A stretch of DNA of 64,000 nt from Patescibacteria group bacterium. Lineage in GTDB: Bacteria; Patescibacteriota; Minisyncoccia; UBA6257; 02-FULL-45-10c. The stretch lies in NCBI GenBank assembly GCA_018969615.1, contig JAGWYA010000003.1, positions 15,038-79,037 of the forward strand. Reading direction: 5' to 3'. Below are positions 1 to 7,137 of the stretch, piece by piece. The translations under genes and the position numbers were made by a program. Numbering within the stretch: the stretch's first letter is position 1; each line of letters opens with the position of its first letter. The notes under the pieces were generated by a model. It had not been told where the DNA came from. It worked only from the letters and a program-made list of their open reading frames with translations, and did no database searches.

Positions 1-56
1 AGAGTCCTAGCCGTTGGACGACACCCCCTTTAAGCTTTCCTTATTGTACCCTAAAA

Positions 57-86
57 TGAAAAACCCGCAAGACGCGGGTTTTTCGG
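57..86. terminator. Hairpin aaacccgc-aagac-gcgggttt flanked by A/T runs, immediately 3' of rpmG; likely bidirectional intrinsic terminator
   Basis: 8-bp GC-rich stem followed by ttttt on plus strand and T-run on minus strand. Confidence 0.6.
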
Positions 87-257
87 CTACTTCTTTGCTT
101 CCTTATGCTTCGTGTGCTTGCGGCAATGCTTGCACCACTTTGACATTTCGATCTTGCGCTCCACCTTCTTCTTGTTCTTCCGCGTATGATAATTCACCTG
201 CTTGCACGTTTCGCAGCGGAGGCGGATCAGGTTCTTGGAAAATTTTGATTCTGCCAT
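87..257 (-). CDS. rpmG: 50S ribosomal protein L33 (55 aa; not in ORF track because <60 aa)
   Basis: Manual translation of minus strand: MAESKFSKNLIRLRCETCKQVNYHTRKNKKKVERKIEMSKWCKHCRKHTKHKEAKK; two CxxC zinc-ribbon pairs and KHT.HKE tail typical of L33. Confidence 0.85.
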   Translation of the reverse strand: MAESKFSKNLIRLRCETCKQVNYHTRKNKKKVERKIEMSKWCKHCRKHTKHKEAKK

Positions 258-300
258 ATGCGAATGTAGTATACACTTTTGCCTTAAAAAAGCAATACTG

Positions 301-372
301 AGCCGATGGTCGGGATTGAACCGACGACCTACTCCTTACCATGGAGTTGCTCTACCACTGAGCTACATCGGC
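301..372 (-). tRNA. tRNA-Thr (anticodon GGT)
   Basis: Reverse complement GCCGATGTAGCTCAGTGGTAGAGCAACTCCATGGTAAGGAGTAGGTCGTCGGTTCAATCCCGACCATCGGCT folds as cloverleaf; anticodon loop aTGGTaa. Confidence 0.8.
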
Positions 373-417
373 GTTCTGTTTTTCTATTGTACATTGTTCG
401 TATAAAAAAACAATGTG

Positions 418-489
418 AGCCACCTCCCGGATTTGAACCGGGGACCTTCTCTTTACAAAAGAGTTGCTCTACCGCTGAGCTAAGGTGGC
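418..489 (-). tRNA. tRNA-Thr (anticodon TGT)
   Basis: Reverse complement GCCACCTTAGCTCAGCGGTAGAGCAACTCTTTTGTAAAGAGAAGGTCCCCGGTTCAAATCCGGGAGGTGGCT; acceptor GCCACCT/AGGTGGC, anticodon loop tTTGTaa. Confidence 0.75.
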
Positions 490-712
490 TTTGAGGCTCT
501 GTCTTTACCGCACACCAGCCGATGCGCGGTAAAGAACAAAGAAGCCTGCTCCCAGGATATAAGAAAAAAAGATGCGGGGCAAGGAGATTCGGGTGGCGCG
601 TTGGCTCTGCGCACTGAACCCTTATATTTTTCCGCCCCGAATTTCAATACGGAAAAATATAAAAGTTTAGCGCAAGAAATAACTTACAGAGATTCTCTTT
701 ATTTTCAAACCT

Positions 713-767
713 AAAAAACAGTGCTCTCGCGGCAGTATAAGAACCCGGTACTGCTGCGAGAGCACTG
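713..767 (-). terminator. Very strong 19-bp stem hairpin (cagtgctctcgcggcagta / tactgctgcgagagcactg) with aaaaaa upstream on plus strand (a T6 run on the minus strand): minus-strand intrinsic terminator or sRNA 3' end
   Basis: Near-perfect inverted repeat 719-767 with 10-nt loop; T-run only convincing on minus strand. Confidence 0.6.
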
Positions 768-779
768 TTTTACCTCGTC

Positions 780-905
780 TCTACCCAAGTCAAGCAGTTG
801 ACTCGCTCGCTCACTCGAACCACGCTCGCTAGACACCCCTGCCTGCCAGCAGGCAGGTTCGGTTTCCAACGTCGCTTCGCTCCTGCCTTCCTAATACGGG
901 GTGCG
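780..905 (-). repeat. Copy R1 of a tRNA-associated ~150-nt repeat element (contains the cctgcctgccagcaggcagg palindrome and ctcgctcgc motifs); homologous to 32307-32506
   Basis: Shared blocks with R2: GGG(C/A)TCGAAC..., CGTTGGAA(A)CCG..CCTGCCTGC(T/C)GGCAGGCAGG, GAGCG(C)GAGCG...GTGAG on minus strand. Confidence 0.55.
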
Positions 906-972
906 GCTGGTTCGAGCCCCTCAAGCCCTTCCAAGAAATTCTAAACCCGCCAAATGGCGGGTTTAGAATTTG

Positions 973-1055
973 TGGGCGCTGAGGGACTCGAACCCCCGTA
1001 GTCATAAAGACGTCTGGTCTACAGCCAGATGCAATTGCCGCTATGCGAAGCGCCC
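973..1055 (-). tRNA. tRNA-Tyr (anticodon GTA) with long variable arm
   Basis: Reverse complement GGGCGCTTCGCATAGCGGCAATTGCATCTGGCTGTAGACCAGACGTCTTTATGACTACGGGGGTTCGAGTCCCTCAGCGCCCA; anticodon loop cTGTAga; 83 nt. Confidence 0.85.
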
Positions 1056-1128
1056 ATGTATTTTTAAACTACTGCTCCCGCAAAGCCTCGCCGCAGGCGG
1101 GCAATGCTCATCTCAGAGTACCATCAAT

Positions 1129-1467
1129 CTATTTTTTTTCAACTTTTTCAGATGAAGAAGAAACTGGCTGGAAAAGCTTTTCCGCCGCCGCGTTCTTCCC
1201 GGCCAGCATGCCGGGCTTCAAGCCGCGCAATCGCTGGGAAAGGATCGCATCAAGCCGCGCAACGACCACCTTTAATTTCCGCAGCGTCTTTTCAAAAACC
1301 ATGCTTACAAAAGCGTCCGCCTTTTCAAACGGGATCTTTTCCAGAAGCTTTTCCAGCGAACCCTCTTCAGGCGAAGTCTCCTGAACGCGCGGAACCGCGC
1401 GGGCGAATAAATAAATGATCGTCGCCAGGCTCACCATGACGACCGTCTGCAAGATGAAGTTATACAT
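1129..1467 (-). CDS. Hypothetical small membrane protein (N-terminal TM helix), downstream of tsf
   Basis: 112-aa ORF; hydrophobic N-terminus TVVMVSLATIIYLFA; no recognisable family. Confidence 0.45.
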   Translation of the reverse strand: MYNFILQTVVMVSLATIIYLFARAVPRVQETSPEEGSLEKLLEKIPFEKADAFVSMVFEKTLRKLKVVVARLDAILSQRLRGLKPGMLAGKNAAAEKLFQPVSSSSEKVEKK

Positions 1468-1475
1468 CCCTTTTA

Positions 1476-1916
1476 TTATACCTGATAGCGCACAAACCGT
1501 GCGATCTTCATGTTCTCGCCTACTTTTGCGATCACGCCTTTCAAAACAGCCTCAACGGTCAGGGTCGGGTCTTTCACGAACGGCTGCTGAAGCAGGTCCT
1601 CAACCGTAGCGGGATCCATGGAAACGATCTGCAGAGAAAGGTCTTTGGCAAGCTGCTGGACCGGCTCTGAGTGCGCAACGAAATCGGTCTCCATGCGCAA
1701 TTCCAACAAGACGCCCACGCGGCCATTGTGGATATAGGCCTCCAAAAGCCCCGCGCCGGTAGCCCGGTCGGCCTTCTTTGCGGCTTTTGCGATACCCTTT
1801 TCGTTCAAAATTTCCTTTGCCTTCGCAAGATCGCCGCCCGCCTCCTCAAGCGCGCGCTTGCAGTCCATGATGCCGGCGCCCGTCTCTTCGCGAAGTTGTA
1901 CGACTGGATTGCTCAT
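1476..1916 (-). CDS. tsf: Elongation factor Ts, short form (~146 aa)
   Basis: MSNPVVQLREETGAGIMDCKRALEEAGGDLAKAKEIL N-terminal UBA-like EF-Ts signature; start moved to ATG at 1916 (upstream part of the track ORF would overlap rpsB). Confidence 0.85.
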   Translation of the reverse strand: MSNPVVQLREETGAGIMDCKRALEEAGGDLAKAKEILNEKGIAKAAKKADRATGAGLLEAYIHNGRVGVLLELRMETDFVAHSEPVQQLAKDLSLQIVSMDPATVEDLLQQPFVKDPTLTVEAVLKGVIAKVGENMKIARFVRYQV

Positions 1917-1927
1917 AGAAATAAACC

Positions 1928-2710
1928 TTATACCTTTGCCGGTGCAGCCTTCTCGGCCGCAAGCTTCCGTCCATCGGCAACCGCCTTTTCCAGGCGCTGT
2001 AAGATCCACAATACGCTTGCTTCGCTGCGGTCGTTCGCCGGGATCGGGAACTGCACCGTTTCCGGATCAGTGTCGGAGTTCATCACGCCGACAACCGGGA
2101 TCTTCAAAAGCTTCGCTTCATGCACCGGGATCCCCTGCTTGCTGATATCGACAACAAGAACGATCTCAGGAAGCCGGTCCATCAGTTCAATGCCGCCGAA
2201 CATCTTGGTCATTTTTTCGATCTGACGGTCAAAGTTCAGGCGTTCTTTCTTCGTGTATTTTTCCAAACGTCCCGCCTCCTTATCGGTCTTCAATTTCCGG
2301 AAATAGGAGATGCGCTTCGATAAGGTCTTGAAGTTGGTCAGCGTTCCGCCGAGCCAGCGCTCCGTCACCGACGGAAGGCCAAGTTTCTTTGCGAGTTCCG
2401 CAACGGCATCCTTTGCGACCGGGGTCGTTGCTACCAGTAATACGGTGCCTTTCGCGGCAACTTTGTTCTTCACAAACTCCATCGCTTCATCCAACAGACG
2501 CGCGGTCTCTTCGAGATCGATCACTTCCATGCCGTTCCGAACGCCAAAAAGATACGGTCTCATGCGCGGATGCGTCTTTGCGTGACGCTTCCCCATGAAC
2601 AAACCCGCTTTCATCATTTCTTCGAGCAACGCCAACTTCGCCGGATCGTGCTGAACCGGAGCCGCCTGCTCTTCTTTCAATTCCACGTCTTTTTCCATCG
2701 CCGTACTCAT
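1928..2710 (-). CDS. rpsB: 30S ribosomal protein S2
   Basis: 260 aa; LLEAMEFV..., VVDISKQGIPVHEAKLLKIPVVGVMNSDTDP motifs of uS2; rpsB-tsf gene order. Confidence 0.9.
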   Translation of the reverse strand: MSTAMEKDVELKEEQAAPVQHDPAKLALLEEMMKAGLFMGKRHAKTHPRMRPYLFGVRNGMEVIDLEETARLLDEAMEFVKNKVAAKGTVLLVATTPVAKDAVAELAKKLGLPSVTERWLGGTLTNFKTLSKRISYFRKLKTDKEAGRLEKYTKKERLNFDRQIEKMTKMFGGIELMDRLPEIVLVVDISKQGIPVHEAKLLKIPVVGVMNSDTDPETVQFPIPANDRSEASVLWILQRLEKAVADGRKLAAEKAAPAKV

Positions 2711-2743
2711 AGGATTAGAGTATATATGATGTCGAAAATTTAA

Positions 2744-3445
2744 TCAAGAGTTCTCCTCCCGCCATGCCTCGATCTGCTTATGGTCGCCCGACAAAAGCGC
2801 TTTCGGTACCCCGGCGACTTTCGACTTTCGACTTTTCACTTTTAACTTCACGCTTTCCGGCTTCGTATAGACCGGATAACTCCCCTTCTTCTCTTCCAGG
2901 GATGCCATCTTTCCCAGTACGCCGGGAACCAGGCGCGAAACCGCTTCGATCACGATCGCGGCCGGCAATTCGCCGCCGGAAAGGACGAAATCGCCGAGCG
3001 AGATCTCCTCATCGGCGACCTGCTGCGCCACGCGCTCATCCACTCCCTCATACCGGCCGCAGATAAAAATAAGCTGATCATATTTTGCGAGGCGATGCGC
3101 TTCTTTCTGGTCGAACTTCTTTCCCCGCAGCGAAAAGAGAATGACCCGTGATCGAGTTGATCTACCGCTTCGCTTGTTCGATCGCTTCACTTGTTTCATT
3201 CGAACAGCTCCATCAGCTCGAACCTTTTGGACCGCTTCCGCGATCGGTTCGGCCTTCAGCACCATCCCCGGACCGCCGCCATACGGCGTATCATCCACTT
3301 TGCGATGCTTGTCGTGCGTAAAATCACGCAAGTTATGTGTCGTGATCGTCAGCAATCCTTTTTCCTGGGCTTTCTTCAGCAGCGATTCCCCGAAATACGA
3401 ATCTAATATATTGGGAAATATGGTAATGATGTCGAATCTTTTCAT
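2744..3445 (-). CDS. trmD: tRNA (guanine37-N1)-methyltransferase TrmD, with a basic insertion (RMKQVKRSNKRSGRSTRSR)
   Basis: MKRFDIITIFP..., PYGGGPGMV, ICGRYEGVDERV trefoil-knot SPOUT motifs. Confidence 0.85.
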   Translation of the reverse strand: MKRFDIITIFPNILDSYFGESLLKKAQEKGLLTITTHNLRDFTHDKHRKVDDTPYGGGPGMVLKAEPIAEAVQKVRADGAVRMKQVKRSNKRSGRSTRSRVILFSLRGKKFDQKEAHRLAKYDQLIFICGRYEGVDERVAQQVADEEISLGDFVLSGGELPAAIVIEAVSRLVPGVLGKMASLEEKKGSYPVYTKPESVKLKVKSRKSKVAGVPKALLSGDHKQIEAWREENS

Positions 3446-3530
3446 ATTGATACTATAGTATGCTTATTCCTTAAAAAAGAAAAACTGCTTGGGGGAACCA
3501 AGCAGTTTGATCAAATGCATCTCTCGCCTC

Positions 3531-3902
3531 TTAATGCTTTTCCGATCTTTGTGCTGCAACGAGAAATTTCTCAGTAAGAGAGTATTTCTTTCGAAAAACC
3601 TCATTGGAAACCCATCTCGCATTCTTCATATTCTTTTCCGAAAATTTCACATGGGGATTATCGGGACCCGGAGCCTCTTCAAGCCCGCAAACAAGACATG
3701 CAGCAGCCGTTGCGTTAACGACCTCTCCCAGATAAAGCGTGATCACTACCTCTTCATGCTTGCACTCGCCTCTCAATTTTTCCAGAAGCTTAACTCCCTT
3801 CTTCTGGCTCGACAATACCCGCAAGACTTTTGACCGGATCGCTTGACGCTTCCGAGTAGCCTGATTCATTGCAACTCCTTTTTTGGAATGAACGATCTTC
3901 AC
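3531..3902 (-). CDS. Divergent Fur-family-like transcriptional regulator (occupies the position normally held by rimM)
   Basis: N-terminal TRKRQAIRSKVLRVL winged-helix-like segment and C-terminal ACLVCG resembling Fur HLICLDCG; weak, family assignment tentative. Confidence 0.35.
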   Translation of the reverse strand: MKIVHSKKGVAMNQATRKRQAIRSKVLRVLSSQKKGVKLLEKLRGECKHEEVVITLYLGEVVNATAAACLVCGLEEAPGPDNPHVKFSEKNMKNARWVSNEVFRKKYSLTEKFLVAAQRSEKH

Positions 3903-3984
3903 TAAAGATAATTCAATGGATTTTTTCTGTCAATAAAAACTAAAAGATCCCCTTTCGGAGATCTTTTATTCGTGAAGCGGTCCG

Positions 3985-4293
3985 TTAGGAAGCCGCTTCT
4001 GCGCTTTCTTCACGCGGAGCGCCGTGGCCCCGGGTGGAACCTTCCGGTTCTTCGATCTTGAGGTTCACGCGGGCATTATTGCGAATGCCGACGATCCTCA
4101 AAAGAGAGCGGATGGCCTTTGCGGTCGCGCCCTGCCGTCCTACGACCAGACCCATATCTTTCGGATCGACCGCGAGGGACAAGAGCACGCCCATTTCATC
4201 CACCTTCCGAGTTACCTTCACTTTATCAGGATTCTCGACAATGGATTTGACCAGATATTCAAGAAATTCTTCGTCGTGTGGTTTTTGTGCCAT
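3985..4293 (-). CDS. KH-domain RNA-binding protein (YlqC/UPF0109 family)
   Basis: GLVVGRQGATAKAIRSLL = KH GxxG motif; conserved position between rpsP and trmD. Confidence 0.8.
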   Translation of the reverse strand: MAQKPHDEEFLEYLVKSIVENPDKVKVTRKVDEMGVLLSLAVDPKDMGLVVGRQGATAKAIRSLLRIVGIRNNARVNLKIEEPEGSTRGHGAPREESAEAAS

Positions 4294-4399
4294 AGATGAG
4301 TTTCAGAATTACGTTCGTTACTGCCGACCTTTCATGAATGATAAAAGCATCATACCATAAAAAGGCAAAAAGTCAATTCCCCTCTGCGTGAGGGGAATG

Positions 4400-4708
4400 T
4401 TATGCCTTCGCTTCGGCCGGCGCTGCGGCTTCGGCTGCTTTCTTCGGCACGTTGTGGACCGCGATCTTCTTGCCGGTGACCACTCCTGCGCTGATGAGAA
4501 GGTTGTTGACCGTCGGGCTCATCTTCGCGCCCATGCTCAGCCAATGCTTCACGCGCTCTGCGTCAACATGGTTCTTGCTCTGCAGCGGATCGAACCATCC
4601 AAGCTCTTCCACCTGCTGGCCGTTGAGCTTTGAACGCTTCTCGCCGACCACGAGCCGGTAGAACGGCTGGTGCTTCTTTCCTTTGCGTTGTAATCGGATC
4701 ATTAACAT
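4400..4708 (-). CDS. rpsP: 30S ribosomal protein S16
   Basis: MLMIRLQRKGKKHQPFYRLVV... canonical bS16 N-terminus. Confidence 0.9.
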   Translation of the reverse strand: MLMIRLQRKGKKHQPFYRLVVGEKRSKLNGQQVEELGWFDPLQSKNHVDAERVKHWLSMGAKMSPTVNNLLISAGVVTGKKIAVHNVPKKAAEAAAPAEAKA

Positions 4709-4720
4709 AAGATAGTGTCT

Positions 4721-4749
4721 AGTTTAACTGAACTTCTTTCCTTGGTCAA
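4721..4749 (-). promoter_or_regulatory. Sigma70-like promoter for rpsP: TTGACC-17-TAAACT
   Basis: Minus strand reads TTGACCaaggaaagaagttcagtTAAACT ~13 nt upstream of rpsP ATG. Confidence 0.5.
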
Positions 4750-4909
4750 GGGGTGCTCGGAAGTATGGAGAAGGATTCGGGAACCGAGCTCATTCTCCTG
4801 CTGGAGACTGGCTCTGCGCCTCGCGCCGTCGCGCTCCGGAACTTCCCTCACCTCTCCATACTTCCTCGCTTCGATAAGGAAAAAAATAAAAAATACTGAA
4901 TTCTTAAAC

Positions 4910-7084
4910 TTATTCCAACTTCAAACTCAATACCTTTGAAACGCCGTCCTCTTCCATCGTCACGCCGTACAGCACATTCGCCGCTTCCATCGTCGCGCGG
5001 TTATGCGTGATCATCAGGAACTGCGTTTTTTCGGAAAAATCCCGGACAATATCCGCGAAGCGTTTCGTGTTCTTTTCATCAAGCGCCGCATCCACCTCAT
5101 CGAGTACCAGGAACGGCGGCGGGCTTACGGAAATAAGCGCGAACAGCGCCGCGATGGACACCAAGCTTTTTTCGCCGCCGGACAGCATATCAAGCCCGTG
5201 GATCCGCTTGCGAGGCAAGCTGAGCTCGATCTCAATACCGAGCTGTCTCAACTCATCGGTCTCAAGATCATCCGCTTCCTGCTGATGGATCCGAAGCTCT
5301 TTTTCTTCCTCGGTCAGATCGGCCGCCTTCGGCTCCTCAGGTTTTTCCAGCACCAGCTTCGCCTTGCCGCCGCCGAACATCAGATTAAAGAACTTATCGA
5401 ACTCTTTATTGATCTTATCCAGAGATTCATGGAACTCATGGTCGATCTTCTGCTCGAGGTCCTTGATAAGCACCTCGAGGTCCTTTGCCGCCTTCTCAAG
5501 ATCGGTCAGTTGGCCGGTCAGGAACGTATGCCTCGTCTCAATATCCTCCGCTTCCTTAATGAGCGCGTGATCGACATCGCCGATCCCCGCGATCTCGCCG
5601 CGAAGCCGGAGCATTTTCCGTTCCGTTCCCGCAAGGTCCTCTACTGCCGGCGGGTTCAACGCAAGCTTTTCGATCTCTTCCATGGTCCGGCCGATCTGCC
5701 CCACCTGGACCTCGACATCCTGGCGGCGCAAATTGATCCGTTCCACTTCGAACAATAAACGATTCTTATCGTTCTCAAGCTTCATGATCTCCTCTTTCTT
5801 CTTTTCCACCTTCTCGAACGCCGCACGGAACTCCGCGTTGAACTGTTCGTACCCTTTTGCAGATTCCTCTTCTTTTTTCGAAAGCGCCGTCAGCTCTTCG
5901 CGGATCGGACCGAGCTTCTGCATCAGCGCATCCTTGGTTCCTTTCAGGTCCTGGATCTCGCTCTTCTGTTTTGAGTTCCGGTCGGTGAACTTGGCAACCT
6001 TCTCCTGCAACGCACGCAGCTCGGCATGAACCGCCTCAAGCGTCTGTTCTTTCAAAAGCTTCACAATGCTATCCTTCACTTCCTCCAGCGCGGTCAAAAG
6101 CTCGCCGGCGCGGAGGTCAACGCGTTCGCTCGCTACCACTGAGTTCAAGAATTCCATCTTCGCCTCCAATTTCCCGACCTCGTGCTCGATCTCTGAGCGC
6201 TGCGCCAAAAGCTGGTCGCGCTGTTTGCGGATATCGCCCATGCCCGCATGCTGCGGTTTCGCCGATTCGGTCTTTTCAAGATCTTTTTTCAGCGCCTCAA
6301 GTTCTTTCCGCTTTGCCGCCATCGCCGCATCAAGCGCCGCGATCTCCGGGTCGAACTTTTTCTTTCCTTCGGCAAGCTCCTTCAGACGGTTCGCATAATA
6401 CGCATTCTCAAGATCATGCAGTTCCTTTTCAAGATCGCCAAGCTTCCCCCACTTCGCGGTCTGGCGCTTCAGGAAACGCAAATGCGGCGCGATCTCTTCG
6501 ATCGTCGCTTTCACTTTTTCAATATTGATGGAGGTGTTCTTCAACTTCCGGTCCGCCTCATGCTTCTTCAACTGATACTGGCGTAAACCGAGAATTTCCT
6601 CGATCATGGCGCGGCGCTCCTCCGGAGTCACCCGCACGAACAGATCGCTCGAACCCTGGCTGATAATGGAAAGACCGCGCGTACCGAGGCGAACCTTCGC
6701 AAAAAAATCGATGATATCCTTCAGGCGAACCTCGTCCTTATTCAAATAATAGTGCGAATTCCCGTCCCGCTCGATACGGCGCATGATCGTCACTTCTTTA
6801 TAATCCACCGGAAAGAATCCCGAGCTGTTGTCGAAGGTCATGCTCACCTGCGCCATGCCCATGCGCGGACGCTTCGGCGTACCGGCGAAGATCAGGTCTT
6901 CCGCCTTGCCGCCGCGGAGGTTCTTCGCCTCCCGTTCGCCGAGGATCCAGCGAACCGCGTCAATGACATTACTTTTGCCGCTGCCGTTCGGTCCCACAAT
7001 ACCGGCAATACCGCCGGGAAAATCCAAAACGGTCTTTTGGGCAAAAGACTTGAATCCGAGAAGCTCAAGACGCTTCAAATACAT
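4910..7084 (-). CDS. smc: SMC-family chromosome segregation ATPase, unusually short (724 aa) with no evident hinge domain
   Basis: N-terminal MYLKRLELLGFKSF...GPNGSGKSN Walker A; C-terminal LSGGEKSLVSIAALFAL signature and LVLDEVDAALD Walker B; long coiled coil between; start set at M17 of track ORF. Confidence 0.8.
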   Translation of the reverse strand: MYLKRLELLGFKSFAQKTVLDFPGGIAGIVGPNGSGKSNVIDAVRWILGEREAKNLRGGKAEDLIFAGTPKRPRMGMAQVSMTFDNSSGFFPVDYKEVTIMRRIERDGNSHYYLNKDEVRLKDIIDFFAKVRLGTRGLSIISQGSSDLFVRVTPEERRAMIEEILGLRQYQLKKHEADRKLKNTSINIEKVKATIEEIAPHLRFLKRQTAKWGKLGDLEKELHDLENAYYANRLKELAEGKKKFDPEIAALDAAMAAKRKELEALKKDLEKTESAKPQHAGMGDIRKQRDQLLAQRSEIEHEVGKLEAKMEFLNSVVASERVDLRAGELLTALEEVKDSIVKLLKEQTLEAVHAELRALQEKVAKFTDRNSKQKSEIQDLKGTKDALMQKLGPIREELTALSKKEEESAKGYEQFNAEFRAAFEKVEKKKEEIMKLENDKNRLLFEVERINLRRQDVEVQVGQIGRTMEEIEKLALNPPAVEDLAGTERKMLRLRGEIAGIGDVDHALIKEAEDIETRHTFLTGQLTDLEKAAKDLEVLIKDLEQKIDHEFHESLDKINKEFDKFFNLMFGGGKAKLVLEKPEEPKAADLTEEEKELRIHQQEADDLETDELRQLGIEIELSLPRKRIHGLDMLSGGEKSLVSIAALFALISVSPPPFLVLDEVDAALDEKNTKRFADIVRDFSEKTQFLMITHNRATMEAANVLYGVTMEEDGVSKVLSLKLE

Positions 7085-7137
7085 AGGAATAGTATACCGC
7101 ATCAGCCGTTTTGAGGAAAATAAAAACTCCATCTGTA

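Noticed and set aside
103-342. Track ORFs 14-301(+) and 103-342(-) over the rpmG/tRNA-Thr region
   Set aside because: They overlap a clean tRNA and the strongly recognisable L33 reading frame; no protein-family features
880-905. ggggtgcggctggttcgagcccc and cccgttcgatccc (32447-32459) as degenerate tRNA genes
   Set aside because: T-loop-like GTTCGA strings but no complementary T-stem, acceptor or anticodon arms
490-972. tmRNA (ssrA) or RNase P RNA assignment for the tRNA-flanked non-coding region
   Set aside because: Only short resemblances (GGGGC..GGAGATTCGGG; AGAACCCGG); no consistent acceptor/T-arm pairing, no tag reading frame ending in Ala-Ala-stop, no GGAAAGUCCGGGC P4 partner
1917-2009. 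31-aa N-terminal extension of EF-Ts in the track ORF
   Set aside because: It would overlap the rpsB 3' end; the canonical EF-Ts N-terminus begins at the internal ATG at 1916
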